A program made the translations under genes and the position numbers. Positions 1 through 7,968 of a stretch of 40,729 nucleotides of DNA are shown here, in pieces. Numbering within the stretch: position 1 is the first letter of the stretch; each line of letters opens with the position of its first letter. The notes beneath the pieces were generated by a model. The model was not told the origin of the DNA. It was given only the letters and a program-made list of their open reading frames with translations, and did not search any database. This DNA comes from Candidatus Scatomorpha pullistercoris (lineage in GTDB: Bacteria; Bacillota; Clostridia; Oscillospirales; Oscillospiraceae). Where the stretch lies: the NCBI GenBank assembly GCA_018716635.1, contig DVJS01000261.1, positions 1-40,729 on the forward strand, written 5' to 3'.

Positions 1-1
1 C

Positions 2-130
2 CCGCTGTACAAGGAAGCGAGCTATAAGCCCTACATCATCGCGGCCATGATCTTCCTCGCCAAGAGCAAAGACCCCGCCGCCGCCCTCAAGGCCCTCGAA
101 GACCGCGCCCAGAAGCGCAAGTTCTGCTGA
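2..130 (+). CDS. 3' end of a CDS entering from the left edge (42 codons, PLYKEASYKPYIIAAMIFLAKSKDPAAALKALEDRAQKRKFC*). The product cannot be resolved from the fragment; a YgeW-type carbamoyltransferase is possible given the carbamate kinase downstream.
   Basis: This is the only open frame at the left edge, ending at TGA 128-130. It has GC-rich third positions like neighbouring genes. The product guess rests only on context and a remembered YKPY(I/V)IAAMI-like C-terminus. Confidence 0.4.
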   Translation, partial: PLYKEASYKPYIIAAMIFLAKSKDPAAALKALEDRAQKRKFC

Positions 131-189
131 ATACGGTATCAAAAACCCCGCAGCCTGCCTTTCAAATCTTAAAATGAGGTGTTATAATA

Positions 190-1134
190 ATGGGTAAGCG
201 CATAGTAGTCGCTCTCGGCGGAAACGCCCTGGGCAACAATCTTCCCGAGCAGATGGCCGCGGTCAAGGAGACCGCGAAGGCCATAGCCGACCTCATTGAG
301 GGCGGCAACGAGGTCATAGTTGCGCACGGCAACGGCCCGCAGGTGGGCATGATCCAGGCCGCGATGACCGAGCTCACGAGGTCGAACCCCGAGAAGTACA
401 TCCCCTGCCCGCTGTCCGTCTGCGTGGCGATGAGCCAGGGCTACATAGGCTACGACCTGCAGAACGCCCTGCGCGAGGAGCTGCTTGACCGCGGCATCAA
501 CAAGGGCGTCGCCACCGTGCTGACGCAGGTGGAGGTCGACCCTGAGGACCCGGCTTTCAAGAATCCCACCAAGCCCATCGGCTCCTTCATGACGAAGGAG
601 GAGGCGGACAAGATGGTCGCCGAGCGCGGCTATCAGGTCGTAGAGGACGCGGGCCGCGGCTACAGGCGCGTCGTCGCCTCTCCGAGGCCGCAGGCGGTCG
701 TCGAGCTGGACACCATCCGTGCCCTCGTTGACAGCGACCACATTGTCGTGGCCTGCGGCGGCGGCGGTATTCCGGTGTTCAAGACCGAGGGCCACCACCT
801 CAAGGGCGCGGCCGCAGTCATCGACAAGGACTTCGCCAGCGAGGTCCTCGCCGAGCAGCTCGACGCGGACTATCTCATCATTCTGACCGCCGTTGAGAAG
901 GCCGCCATCAACTTCGGCAAGCCCGAGCAGAAGTGGCTGGACAACATCTCGGTCGCCGAGGCCGCGCAGTACTGCGCCGAGGGCCACTTCGCGCCCGGTT
1001 CCATGCTGCCGAAGGTTCAGGCCGCCATGCGCTTTGCCGAGTCCAAGCCCGGCCGCCGCGCGCTCATCACCCTGCTCGAGAAGGCCAGGGACGGCATCGA
1101 CGGCAAGACCGGCACCGTCATCGTGAACGAGTAA
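190..1134 (+). CDS. arcC: carbamate kinase
   Basis: 314 aa. The N-terminus MGKRIVVALGGNALG and the later VVACGGGGIPV and KGAAAVIDKDFAS motifs are typical of the carbamate kinase / amino-acid kinase family. A GAGGTG RBS lies upstream. Confidence 0.9.
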   Translation: MGKRIVVALGGNALGNNLPEQMAAVKETAKAIADLIEGGNEVIVAHGNGPQVGMIQAAMTELTRSNPEKYIPCPLSVCVAMSQGYIGYDLQNALREELLDRGINKGVATVLTQVEVDPEDPAFKNPTKPIGSFMTKEEADKMVAERGYQVVEDAGRGYRRVVASPRPQAVVELDTIRALVDSDHIVVACGGGGIPVFKTEGHHLKGAAAVIDKDFASEVLAEQLDADYLIILTAVEKAAINFGKPEQKWLDNISVAEAAQYCAEGHFAPGSMLPKVQAAMRFAESKPGRRALITLLEKARDGIDGKTGTVIVNE

Positions 1135-1147
1135 GGAGGAACAGAGC

Positions 1148-1528
1148 ATGAAAGAGGTAATAGCCACCGCAGCTGCCCCCGCCGCCATCGGCCCCTATTC
1201 TCAGGGCGTCGCAGCCTCGGGCAAGATAGTTTTCGTCTCCGGCCAGCTGCCCATCGACCCCGCTACCGGCGCTTTTGCCGCCGATGACATCCAGGGCCAG
1301 ACCGAGCAGAGCCTCAAGAACGTCGGCGCCATCCTCGCTGAGGCCGGCTACGGCTATGAGGACGTCGTCAAGACCACCGTGCTGCTCGCCGACATCGCTG
1401 ACTTCGGCCCCATGAACGAGGTCTACGCGAAGTTCTTCACCGGCGCCTGCCCGGCCCGCGCCGCCTTCGCGGTCAAGGACCTGCCGAAGGGCGCCAAGGT
1501 CGAGATCGAGGCCATAGCGGTAAAGTAA
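1148..1528 (+). CDS. ridA: RidA/YjgF/TdcF-family reactive-intermediate deaminase
   Basis: 126 aa. It carries AAPAAIGPYSQGV, GQLPIDPATG and a C-terminal VEIEAIAV, the classic RidA signature. An AAGGAGGA RBS lies upstream, 13 nt after the arcC stop. Confidence 0.9.
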   Translation: MKEVIATAAAPAAIGPYSQGVAASGKIVFVSGQLPIDPATGAFAADDIQGQTEQSLKNVGAILAEAGYGYEDVVKTTVLLADIADFGPMNEVYAKFFTGACPARAAFAVKDLPKGAKVEIEAIAVK

Positions 1529-1548
1529 GCGGAAAACAGCAAAATAAG

Positions 1549-1590
1549 CGGCCTCCCGGTGCGCAGATGCGCATGCCGGGAGGCCGTTTT
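1549..1590. terminator. bidirectional intrinsic terminator between ridA and the convergent CoADR gene
   Basis: An 11-bp GC stem (CGGCCTCCCGG ... CCGGGAGGCCG) is followed by TTTT on the plus strand. Confidence 0.7.
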
Positions 1591-1623
1591 CCATATGCCG
1601 CCGCATGTCCGGGCGGCGGAGGC

Positions 1624-3315
1624 TCACTTCCTCTCGCCGCAGGGATAGTGCTCGTTATCTGCCTTTTCCTTTGTCAGCAGCTGATAGAAGCGCCAGCCGC
1701 CGGCGAGGTTCGAGCAGTCGAAGCCGCTGCCGCTCAGTATACGGCAGGCGATATAGCTCCTCATGCCCGAGAAGCAGTTCACGTACAGCTTCTTTGACTT
1801 ATCCAGCTCGCCGAGGCGCGCCCTCAGCTCGTGCAGCGGGATGTTCACCGCGCCCTCGATGCAGCCGCCGGCGAATTCGCGCTCCGTCCTCACGTCCAGT
1901 ATGACCGCGCTGCCGTCCCTCGGGATATTCGGCACGTCCTCCGGGAAATGCTGCTTCACTACGCCGCCCATGACGTTTTCTATCATGAAGCCCGCCATGT
2001 TCACGGGGTCCTTCGCCGACGAGTACGGCGGGGCGTAGGCCAGCTCGAAGTCCGCCAGATCAGCCGCCGTCAGGCCCTTGCGCACCGCCACGGCCATGAC
2101 GTCTATCCTCTTGTCCACGCCGTCGAAGCCCACGATCTGCGCGCCCAGGATGCGGCCCGTGTCTGGGTCGTACAGGGTCTTGATGCTCATGTTCCGCCCG
2201 CCGGGGTAGTAGCCCGCGTGGCTCGCGGAGTAGCCCTGCACCTTGGCGTATTTCACGCCCGCGGCCTTGGCGGCCTTCTCGTTCAGGCCCGTCACGGCAG
2301 CCGTCATGTCGAAGACCTTGATGACGGTCGAGCCCTGTGTGCCCTTGTACTCCGAGCCGATGCCGCAGATATTGTTCGCCGCTATCCTCGCCTGGCGGTT
2401 CGCAGGGCCTGCGAGCGCCACCAGCGCGGGCTTGCCGGTCACGGGGTTCACGACCTCCACCGCGTCGCCCACGGCGTAGATGTCCGGGTCGGAGGTGCGC
2501 ATGTGGCTGTCGACCTTTATGGAGCCCTTCAGCCCCAGCTCCAGCCCCGCCGCCTTCGCCAGATCGGACTCGGGCACGACGCCGACCGCCAGCACTACGA
2601 AGCCGCATTTTATCGGCTCGCGGTCCTTCACGTGGACGATGATGCCGTCCTCGGTCTCCTCATAGCTCTCTATTGCGTGCTTGAACCTCAAATCGAGGCC
2701 CTTCTCGCGCAGGTGCGCGTGTATCTCGCTGGCCATGTCCCAGTCGAGCGGGGGCAGCACCTGGTCACTGCGCTGCAGCAGCGTGACCTTCACGCCCGCC
2801 TCCATCAGGTTTTCCGCCGTCTCGAGGCCGATGAAGCCGCCGCCGACCACCACCGCGCGCTCCGGGCGCTCGGTCTCCACCAGCTCGCGCATCCTCAGCG
2901 CGTCCTCGACGGTGCGCAGGGTCAGCACCCGCTCCGAGTACACGCCCGGCGTGTCCGGTATCATCGCCTTCGCCCCCGGGGAGAGGATGAGCTTGTCGTA
3001 GCTCTCAACGTACTCCCGGCCCTCGTCGTAGCTGAACACCGTCACGGTCTTGTTTTCCCTGTCGATGCTCAGCACCTCGCTCGAGACGCGCACGTCGATG
3101 TTGAAGCGGCTAAAGAAGCTCTCCGGCGACTGCAGAGTCAGGTCCTCCCTGTCCTCGATGACGCCGCCCACGTAGTAGGGCAGGCCGCAGTTGGCGTAGC
3201 TCACGTAGCCCGTGCGCTCGATGACGATTATCTCGGCCTGCTCGTCGAGCCTCCTGAGCCTTGCGGCCGCGGTCGCGCCTCCCGCGACGCCGCCGACTAT
3301 AACTATCTTGCTCAT
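1624..3315 (-). CDS. CoA-disulfide reductase / NADH oxidase-family flavoprotein with a C-terminal rhodanese domain
   Basis: 563 aa. It has an N-terminal FAD fold (KIVIVGGVAGGATAA), a single redox Cys motif (SYANCGLPYY), a second dinucleotide fold (VVVGGGFIGLE), and a C-terminal rhodanese loop (YVNCFSGMRSYIACR). Confidence 0.8.
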   Translation of the reverse strand: MSKIVIVGGVAGGATAAARLRRLDEQAEIIVIERTGYVSYANCGLPYYVGGVIEDREDLTLQSPESFFSRFNIDVRVSSEVLSIDRENKTVTVFSYDEGREYVESYDKLILSPGAKAMIPDTPGVYSERVLTLRTVEDALRMRELVETERPERAVVVGGGFIGLETAENLMEAGVKVTLLQRSDQVLPPLDWDMASEIHAHLREKGLDLRFKHAIESYEETEDGIIVHVKDREPIKCGFVVLAVGVVPESDLAKAAGLELGLKGSIKVDSHMRTSDPDIYAVGDAVEVVNPVTGKPALVALAGPANRQARIAANNICGIGSEYKGTQGSTVIKVFDMTAAVTGLNEKAAKAAGVKYAKVQGYSASHAGYYPGGRNMSIKTLYDPDTGRILGAQIVGFDGVDKRIDVMAVAVRKGLTAADLADFELAYAPPYSSAKDPVNMAGFMIENVMGGVVKQHFPEDVPNIPRDGSAVILDVRTEREFAGGCIEGAVNIPLHELRARLGELDKSKKLYVNCFSGMRSYIACRILSGSGFDCSNLAGGWRFYQLLTKEKADNEHYPCGERK

Positions 3316-3339
3316 GTTTTTCCTCCTTGTATGTCGATA

Positions 3340-4152
3340 TTATTTGCCTTCGATTATCCGCACGTCCAGCCGCTCGAAGGCCATGGACTGCCCGGCCTTC
3401 TCGAGATAGCTCCGGCAGCTCTCGTTGAGGGCGAAGTATGCGTCCCAGTAGTCCGGGGTCTTTACCCAGACCCTGAGGCTGTACTCTACGCTGCTGGATT
3501 TGTACGCGCTCACGACCACGCTTGGCGCCGGGTCGGTGAGCACCCGCTCGTCGGCCGAGGCCGCGTCGAGCAGCGCCTGCCTCACGGCTTCGGCGTCGCA
3601 GGAATATTCCAGGCCGAAGGCGAGGTCTATGCGCCGGTTCGGCTCCGTGCTGTAGTTTGTTATCCTCGAGGCGGCGGCGTCGCTGTTCGGGATGTGTATC
3701 TCCTTCCTGTCGGCGGTAACGAGCGTCACATAAAAAAGCCCCGAGGAGATGACCGTGCCCGTCGTCGCGCCCAGCTCCACGAAATCGCCCGAGGAGAAGG
3801 GCCGCGTCATGAGCAGGGTGAAGCCTGCGAAGACGTTCGAGAGCGTGTTCTGCAAAGACAGCGAAAAAGCAAGGCCGGCCACGGAGAGCACCGCCACCAG
3901 CGAGGCCGAGGGTATGCTCAGCTTGTCCGCGATGATGAGCGCGACGAGCACCCAGAGCAGCACCCGCGCGCAGGAGAGGATGAAGCTGCGGATAGCCCGC
4001 TCGAGCTTCGAGCGCTCGAGCGCCTTTTTGATGGCCTTCATGAGCAGCTTTATAACGATGAGAGAGACGAGGAATATGACGACGGCGGCCAGCAGGTTCC
4101 CCAGCGAGAAACCGCCGATCTCAGTGTCCAGCAGGGTCTGGAGCTTTGGCAT
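3340..4152 (-). CDS. MscS-family mechanosensitive ion channel
   Basis: I start the gene at ATG 4152 (MPKLQTLLD...), which is preceded by GGAGG. The ORF-track start at 4212 has no RBS. The protein has three N-terminal hydrophobic helices and then the MscS core (FAGFTLLMTRPFSSGDFVELG...GTV...IHIPNS). Confidence 0.8.
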   Translation of the reverse strand: MPKLQTLLDTEIGGFSLGNLLAAVVIFLVSLIVIKLLMKAIKKALERSKLERAIRSFILSCARVLLWVLVALIIADKLSIPSASLVAVLSVAGLAFSLSLQNTLSNVFAGFTLLMTRPFSSGDFVELGATTGTVISSGLFYVTLVTADRKEIHIPNSDAAASRITNYSTEPNRRIDLAFGLEYSCDAEAVRQALLDAASADERVLTDPAPSVVVSAYKSSSVEYSLRVWVKTPDYWDAYFALNESCRSYLEKAGQSMAFERLDVRIIEGK

Positions 4153-4226
4153 TGACGCGCCTCCTTCCTGAAATAGCAAGCTCATTATACACCCGGCCAA
4201 AGCCTCTGTCACCCGTCATTTTGCAC

Positions 4227-4256
4227 TTGACGAAACGCGCGAAAGCGTATTTAATA
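4227..4256 (+). promoter_or_regulatory. candidate sigma70-type promoter for the NifX-like gene
   Basis: TTGACG, a 17-18 nt spacer, then TTTAAT/TTAATA, located about 30 nt upstream of the AAAGGAGG RBS. Confidence 0.35.
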
Positions 4257-4282
4257 TACCTGCCTGAGAAAGGAGGCTGCAT

Positions 4283-4672
4283 ATGAAGGTAGCTGTTACA
4301 TATGACGAGGAAGAGATGATCTTCCAGCACTTTGGACACACGGAGCGGTTCAAGCTGTATGAGATAGAAAACGGCGAGGTCGTATCATCCGAGGTGGTGG
4401 ACACCGCGGGCGCGGGGCATGAGGCGCTGGCGGCGTTTCTGGCTGAGAGGGGCGTGCAGACGCTCATCTGCGGAGGCATAGGCTCCGGCGCGGTGCAGGC
4501 GCTGGGCATGGCGGGCATCCAGGTCTACGGCGGCATCACGGGATTGGCGGATTACGCCGTGGAGGCGCTCATCAGGGGCGTCCTGGCCCACGACCCGAAC
4601 CCGAACTGCAAGCATCACGAGGAGGAAGACCACGAGTGCTGCCATGGCGAGGGCCAGGGCTGCTGCCACTGA
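4283..4672 (+). CDS. NifB/NifX-family (dinitrogenase FeMo-cofactor-binding fold) protein with a Cys/His-rich C-terminal tail
   Basis: 129 aa. FGHTERFKLYE...GHEALAAFLAERGVQTLICGGIGSGAVQALGMAGIQVY matches the NifX/NifB C-terminal-domain family. The tail is HDPNPNCKHHEEEDHECCHGEGQGCCH. Confidence 0.7.
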   Translation: MKVAVTYDEEEMIFQHFGHTERFKLYEIENGEVVSSEVVDTAGAGHEALAAFLAERGVQTLICGGIGSGAVQALGMAGIQVYGGITGLADYAVEALIRGVLAHDPNPNCKHHEEEDHECCHGEGQGCCH

Positions 4673-4680
4673 AATATGAT

Positions 4681-4724
4681 AAAAATGAGGCTGACCAAAG
4701 CATACACGGTCAGCCTCATTTTTT
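4681..4724. terminator. intrinsic terminator after the NifX-like gene
   Basis: A 12-bp stem (ATGAGGCTGACC ... GGTCAGCCTCAT) is flanked by A5 upstream and T5 downstream. Confidence 0.75.
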
Positions 4725-4800
4725 ATGTGACAAAGTTACGGAATCCGCGCCGCGCCGGTGTTATCATACGGCCAAAGACAAAACACTGGAGGAATGAAAA

Positions 4801-5109
4801 ATGTCAGCGGTCAAGATAACATCATCCAACTATGCGAGCCTCGTCACCGGCAGCAGCAAGCCCGTGCTGCTCGATTTCTGGGCGCCCTGGTGCGGCCCCT
4901 GCCGTATGGTCTCGCCGGTCGTGGACGAGATAGCCTCCGAGCGCGGCGACCTGCTCGTCGGCAAGGTCAACGTGGACGAGGAACCCGAGCTTGCCTCGGC
5001 CTTCAACATAACCAGCATCCCCACGCTCGTCGTCGTCAGGGACGGCAAGGTGGTAGAGCGCGCCACCGGAGCGAGGCCCAAGAGCAGCATACTCGCCCTT
5101 GTAAAATAA
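4801..5109 (+). CDS. trxA: thioredoxin
   Basis: 102 aa with the WAPWCGPCRM active site and a typical thioredoxin fold length. A GGAGGAA RBS lies upstream. Confidence 0.92.
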   Translation: MSAVKITSSNYASLVTGSSKPVLLDFWAPWCGPCRMVSPVVDEIASERGDLLVGKVNVDEEPELASAFNITSIPTLVVVRDGKVVERATGARPKSSILALVK

Positions 5110-5155
5110 GCTTATTCTCTCCTTTCATTTTTCCCTCTCTTATCCCAAAAGCAAA

Positions 5156-5185
5156 AGCCCCGGCCCTCACGGGCCGGAGCTTTTT
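5156..5185. terminator. bidirectional terminator between convergent trxA and rplA
   Basis: A CCGGCCC/GGGCCGG stem is extended by GC pairs. T-runs follow it on both strands (TTTTTGC on plus, TTTTGCTTTTGGG on minus). Confidence 0.7.
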
Positions 5186-5203
5186 GCATATCCGTATCAG
5201 AGC

Positions 5204-5896
5204 TTACAGCTGCTTGTTGGCGTTGATCTTCACGCCGGGGCCCATGGTGGAGGCCGTGACGCAGCTTCTTATATACTGGCCCTTCGCCGCGGCGGGCTTG
5301 GCCCTGATGATGGCGCCGATGAGAGCGTTGTAGTTCTCAACGAGCTTGTCCGCACCGAAGCTGACCTTGCCGATGGGGCAGTGGATGATGTTGGTCTTGT
5401 CGAGCCTGTACTCGATCTTACCGGCCTTGGCTTCCTGCACGGCCTGGGTGATGTTCGGGGTCACGGTGCCCGCCTTGGGGGACGGCATAAGGCCCTTGGG
5501 GCCGAGCAGCTTACCCAGACGGCCGACAACGCCCATCATGTCCGGCGTCGCGATGACCGTGTCGAACTCGAACCAGTTCTCGGTCTGGATCTTCTGTACG
5601 AGGTCCTGTCCGCCCGCGTAATCCGCACCGGCGGCCTTGGCCTCATCCTCGCGCTCCGGCTTGCAGAAGACGAGGACGCGCAGGGTCTTGCCTGTGCCGT
5701 TCGGCAGCACGATGGCGCCGCGGACCTGCTGGTCGGCGTGACGGGAGTCAACGCCCAGCTTCACGTGCAGCTCGACGGTCTCGTCGAACTTGGCCTTCGA
5801 GGCCTTGCACACCAGGTCGAACGCATCCTTCGGGTCGTAAAGCGCCTGCTTATCTATGAGCTTCGAGCTCTCTTTATAATTCTTACCTCTGAACAA
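5204..5896 (-). CDS. rplA: 50S ribosomal protein L1
   Basis: 230 aa with [13 protein letters not shown] and GKTLRVLVF motifs. It uses a TTG start 8 nt after AGGAGG. Confidence 0.95.
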   Translation of the reverse strand: MFRGKNYKESSKLIDKQALYDPKDAFDLVCKASKAKFDETVELHVKLGVDSRHADQQVRGAIVLPNGTGKTLRVLVFCKPEREDEAKAAGADYAGGQDLVQKIQTENWFEFDTVIATPDMMGVVGRLGKLLGPKGLMPSPKAGTVTPNITQAVQEAKAGKIEYRLDKTNIIHCPIGKVSFGADKLVENYNALIGAIIRAKPAAAKGQYIRSCVTASTMGPGVKINANKQL

Positions 5897-5971
5897 TTTG
5901 CTTTCCTCCTAAAATGTGGTTCGTCGGAGATGTTGAGCCGCACGGCTCACTCCTCCCACGTTTGGGGCAGC

Positions 5972-6397
5972 TCAGTCGCCTACGATAACGCCCATGCTGC
6001 GGCAGGTGCCGGCGATCATGGACATGGCGGCTTCGACGCTCGTGCAGTTGAGGTCGGGCATCTTCTGCTCGGCTATCTTGCGAAGGTCTTCCTTGCTGAT
6101 GGTGGCGACCTTGTCCCTCTGGGGTACGCCGGAAGCCTTGTCTATGCCGCAGGCCTTCTTGATGAGAAGGGCCGCCGGCGGGGTCTTAGTGATGAAGGTG
6201 AAGCTCCTGTCGGAGTACACCGTGATGACGACAGGGATCATCATGCCCATGTCGGCCTTGGTACGCTCGTTGAAGTCCTTCGTGAACTGGCCGATGTTCA
6301 CACCGTACTGGCCCAGAGCCGGGCCGACCGGGGGAGCCGGGGTCGCCTTGCCCGCCGGCACCTGGAACCTTATATATCCGACAACTTTCTGTGCCAT
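5972..6397 (-). CDS. rplK: 50S ribosomal protein L11
   Basis: 141 aa with [22 protein letters not shown], the canonical L11 N-terminal domain. Confidence 0.95.
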   Translation of the reverse strand: MAQKVVGYIRFQVPAGKATPAPPVGPALGQYGVNIGQFTKDFNERTKADMGMMIPVVITVYSDRSFTFITKTPPAALLIKKACGIDKASGVPQRDKVATISKEDLRKIAEQKMPDLNCTSVEAAMSMIAGTCRSMGVIVGD

Positions 6398-6436
6398 TTA
6401 TCTAAGCACCCTTTCAATCATATTTCTTTTTCGAGG

Positions 6437-6961
6437 TCAGTTCTCGACCGCCTCGACCTGATCCAGCTCGAGGTCCACCGGAGTCTCGCGTCCGAACATG
6501 GACACGACCACGCGCACGCGGTCCTTCTCCGGCTCCAGCTCCTCGACCGTGCCGAGGAAGCCCTCCAGCGGCCCGTCCATCACGCGGACAGTGTCGCCCA
6601 CCTCAAAGCCCAGGATCACCTCATGCCGCTCCACGCCGAGATCGTATATCTCCTGCTCGGTCAGCGGTATGGCCTTGTTCGACGTGCCCACGAACCCGGT
6701 CGCGCCTCGCACGTTCCGCACCAGATGCCAGCTCTCGTCGGTCATTATCATCTTCACGAGCACGTAGCCCGGGAACACCTTGCGCTCATAGGTCTTCTCA
6801 CCCGCGTCGGTGTGCTCGGTGACGGTCTCCATGGGGATGTTGACCTCCTGGATGAGGTCCTGCATCTTGCGGTTCTCGGCGGCCTTCATGACCGCCGCGG
6901 CAACGGCGTTCTCATAACCCGAATAGGTGTGGACGACGTACCACTTTGCTTCGCCCGCCAT
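6437..6961 (-). CDS. nusG: transcription termination/antitermination factor NusG
   Basis: I start the gene at ATG 6961 (MAGEAKWYVVHTYSGYENAV). The ORF-track extension to 7138 overlaps secE and reads as Arg/Asp-rich nonsense. A KOW region (VGDTVRVMDGPLEGFLGTVEE) is present. Confidence 0.95.
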   Translation of the reverse strand: MAGEAKWYVVHTYSGYENAVAAAVMKAAENRKMQDLIQEVNIPMETVTEHTDAGEKTYERKVFPGYVLVKMIMTDESWHLVRNVRGATGFVGTSNKAIPLTEQEIYDLGVERHEVILGFEVGDTVRVMDGPLEGFLGTVEELEPEKDRVRVVVSMFGRETPVDLELDQVEAVEN

Positions 6962-6966
6962 TTGCC

Positions 6967-7236
6967 TCACACCAGATCGATGAGCGTCTGGACACCCAGC
7001 TTGGCCAGAGTGTCGAAGCCCCAGAGGACGATCGCGGAGACGATCATCATCATCAGAGCGACGCCGGTGTTGTTGACGATCTGCTTCGGGGTGGGCCAGA
7101 TGACCTTCCTGGTTTCGCTGCGCATTTCGCGGAACCACTTGGCGACCCGCTTGCCGAAGGGCAGCTTGGTCTCTGCCTTCTTAACGGCGTTCGTGGAGAC
7201 CTTGGCCGGGGCGGAATTCTTGTTCTCTTCTGCCAT
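6967..7236 (-). CDS. secE: preprotein translocase subunit SecE
   Basis: 89 aa. A basic N-terminus is followed by WFREMRSETRKVIWPT and a single C-terminal TM helix. The gene sits in the conserved position between rpmG and nusG. Confidence 0.85.
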   Translation of the reverse strand: MAEENKNSAPAKVSTNAVKKAETKLPFGKRVAKWFREMRSETRKVIWPTPKQIVNNTGVALMMMIVSAIVLWGFDTLAKLGVQTLIDLV

Positions 7237-7265
7237 CTTGTCTTGCTCCTTTCAGAACGCCTGTG

Positions 7266-7427
7266 TCACTTGGTTTCGTTGTGAACGGTGTACTTGCGGC
7301 AGCGCGGGCAGTACTTCTTCATCTCGAGACGGTCGGGAGTGTTCTTCTTGTTCTTGACCGTGAAGTAGTTGCGCTCCTTGCACTCGCTGCACCTGAGAGT
7401 GACCTTCACTCTTGCACCAACAGCCAT
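7266..7427 (-). CDS. rpmG: 50S ribosomal protein L33 (missing from the supplied ORF track because it is 53 aa)
   Basis: My hand translation of the minus strand gives [53 protein letters not shown]. This has the CxxC...CxxC zinc-ribbon pattern of L33. AAGGAGG lies 8 nt upstream. Confidence 0.9.
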   Translation of the reverse strand: MAVGARVKVTLRCSECKERNYFTVKNKKNTPDRLEMKKYCPRCRKYTVHNETK

Positions 7428-7549
7428 TTATTCGGCACCTCCTTGTAAAACTTGGCCGCCAAGCGGCCTGTGTTGCCTCCCTGTATGGCAGGCCGGCTTT
7501 CGCACTTGCGCGCACGAAAATAAACCCGTCCGGCCGACAGGTAAAATGA

Positions 7550-7578
7550 AGTATAACACAGTCTTCCCCGGAGGTCAA
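7550..7578 (-). promoter_or_regulatory. candidate sigma70-type promoter for rpmG-secE-nusG-rplK-rplA
   Basis: On the minus strand: TTGACC (7578-7573), a 17-nt spacer, then TATACT (7555-7550). This would give a leader of about 115 nt. Confidence 0.5.
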
Positions 7579-7739
7579 CAGCTTTTTCCCGTTTCGCGCC
7601 CTTTTTTCGCTCATCATGATACAGAAATGTCCCGGAAAGTTCATTCTCGGTTCACATCGAGTTCATAAGTGGCTGGTATCTTGTAGATGCTGATACGGAA
7701 AAACGTACCGATGTACCGGCAATACAGCTTATAAGCCAC

Positions 7740-7795
7740 AAAAAACGGCGACCTGCCCGCCGAGGAAGGAAGTATCTTTCCTGAAGGGGCAGACC
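7740..7795 (-). terminator. terminator-like long imperfect hairpin followed by U6 on the minus strand, with no annotated gene upstream of it
   Basis: The minus strand reads GGTCTGCCCC..AGGAA..TTCCT..GGGCAGGTCGCCGTTTTTT. It has a CTGCCC/GGGCAG outer stem, an AGGAA/TTCCT inner stem and a T6 run. Confidence 0.4.
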
Positions 7796-7889
7796 ACAAT
7801 CTCTCACTCATTTCAGAGCGCTTATATAACTGCCCCGCTTTCACAGCGGGCAGTGGGACAACACCCACCGCTCATGGTGTTAAGATATG

Positions 7890-7925
7890 CGGCCGCGCCA
7901 TTTCCCCCCCTGGCGCGGCCGTTTC
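7890..7925 (+). terminator. strong hairpin with a short T-tract on the plus strand, just upstream of the folC promoter
   Basis: An 11-bp stem (CGGCCGCGCCA / TGGCGCGGCCG) with a TTTCCCCCCC loop, followed by TTTC. Confidence 0.45.
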
Positions 7926-7939
7926 GCACGCATTTTCAT

Positions 7940-7968
7940 TTGCAACGGGGCGCGGCAGATGATATACT
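7940..7968 (+). promoter_or_regulatory. candidate sigma70-type promoter for folC-ruvX-psuK-psuG
   Basis: TTGCAA, a 17-nt spacer, then TATACT, located 27 nt upstream of ATG 7995. Confidence 0.45.

Noticed and set aside
1831-4155. A 774-aa plus-strand ORF spanning the CoADR and MscS genes. Similar giant ORFs occur at 5381-7357 (+), 15753-18524 (-), 169-1188 (-), 8962-9915 (-), 10597-11406 (-), 11569-12558 (+), 12578-13531 (+), 27782-28879 (+), 30009-31241 (+) and 35611-36816 (+).
   Set aside because: All of them lie antisense to, or out of frame with, genes that have clear family motifs. Their translations are Arg/Ala/Gly/His/Pro-rich low-complexity strings with no RBS. Stop-poor alternative frames are expected in DNA of roughly 65-70 %GC.
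6962-7138. N-terminal extensions offered by the ORF track: nusG to 7138, mscS to 4212, folC from 7887, psuK from 9509, B3/4 to 28597, sbcD-like to 31628, Rieske flavoprotein to 37134, SOD to 38747, LacI from 23882.
   Set aside because: In each case an internal start has a proper Shine-Dalgarno sequence at 5-9 nt and begins at the conserved family N-terminus. The extension overlaps the neighbouring gene or encodes nonsense-like sequence.
7750-7795. A GAGGAAGGAAG-containing hairpin that superficially recalls the SRP RNA domain IV GGAAGGAAGCAGCC motif.
   Set aside because: The flanking conserved SRP elements (AGCAGCC and the symmetric/asymmetric loops with GNAR tetraloop context) are absent, and the surrounding sequence does not fold into an SRP-like rod.
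7641-7868. A 75-aa minus-strand ORF and the 99-aa plus-strand ORF (7369-7668) in the rpmG-folC spacer.
   Set aside because: Neither has an RBS. Their composition is atypical, one overlaps rpmG antisense, and the translations have no recognisable features. The region is better explained by promoters and RNA structure.
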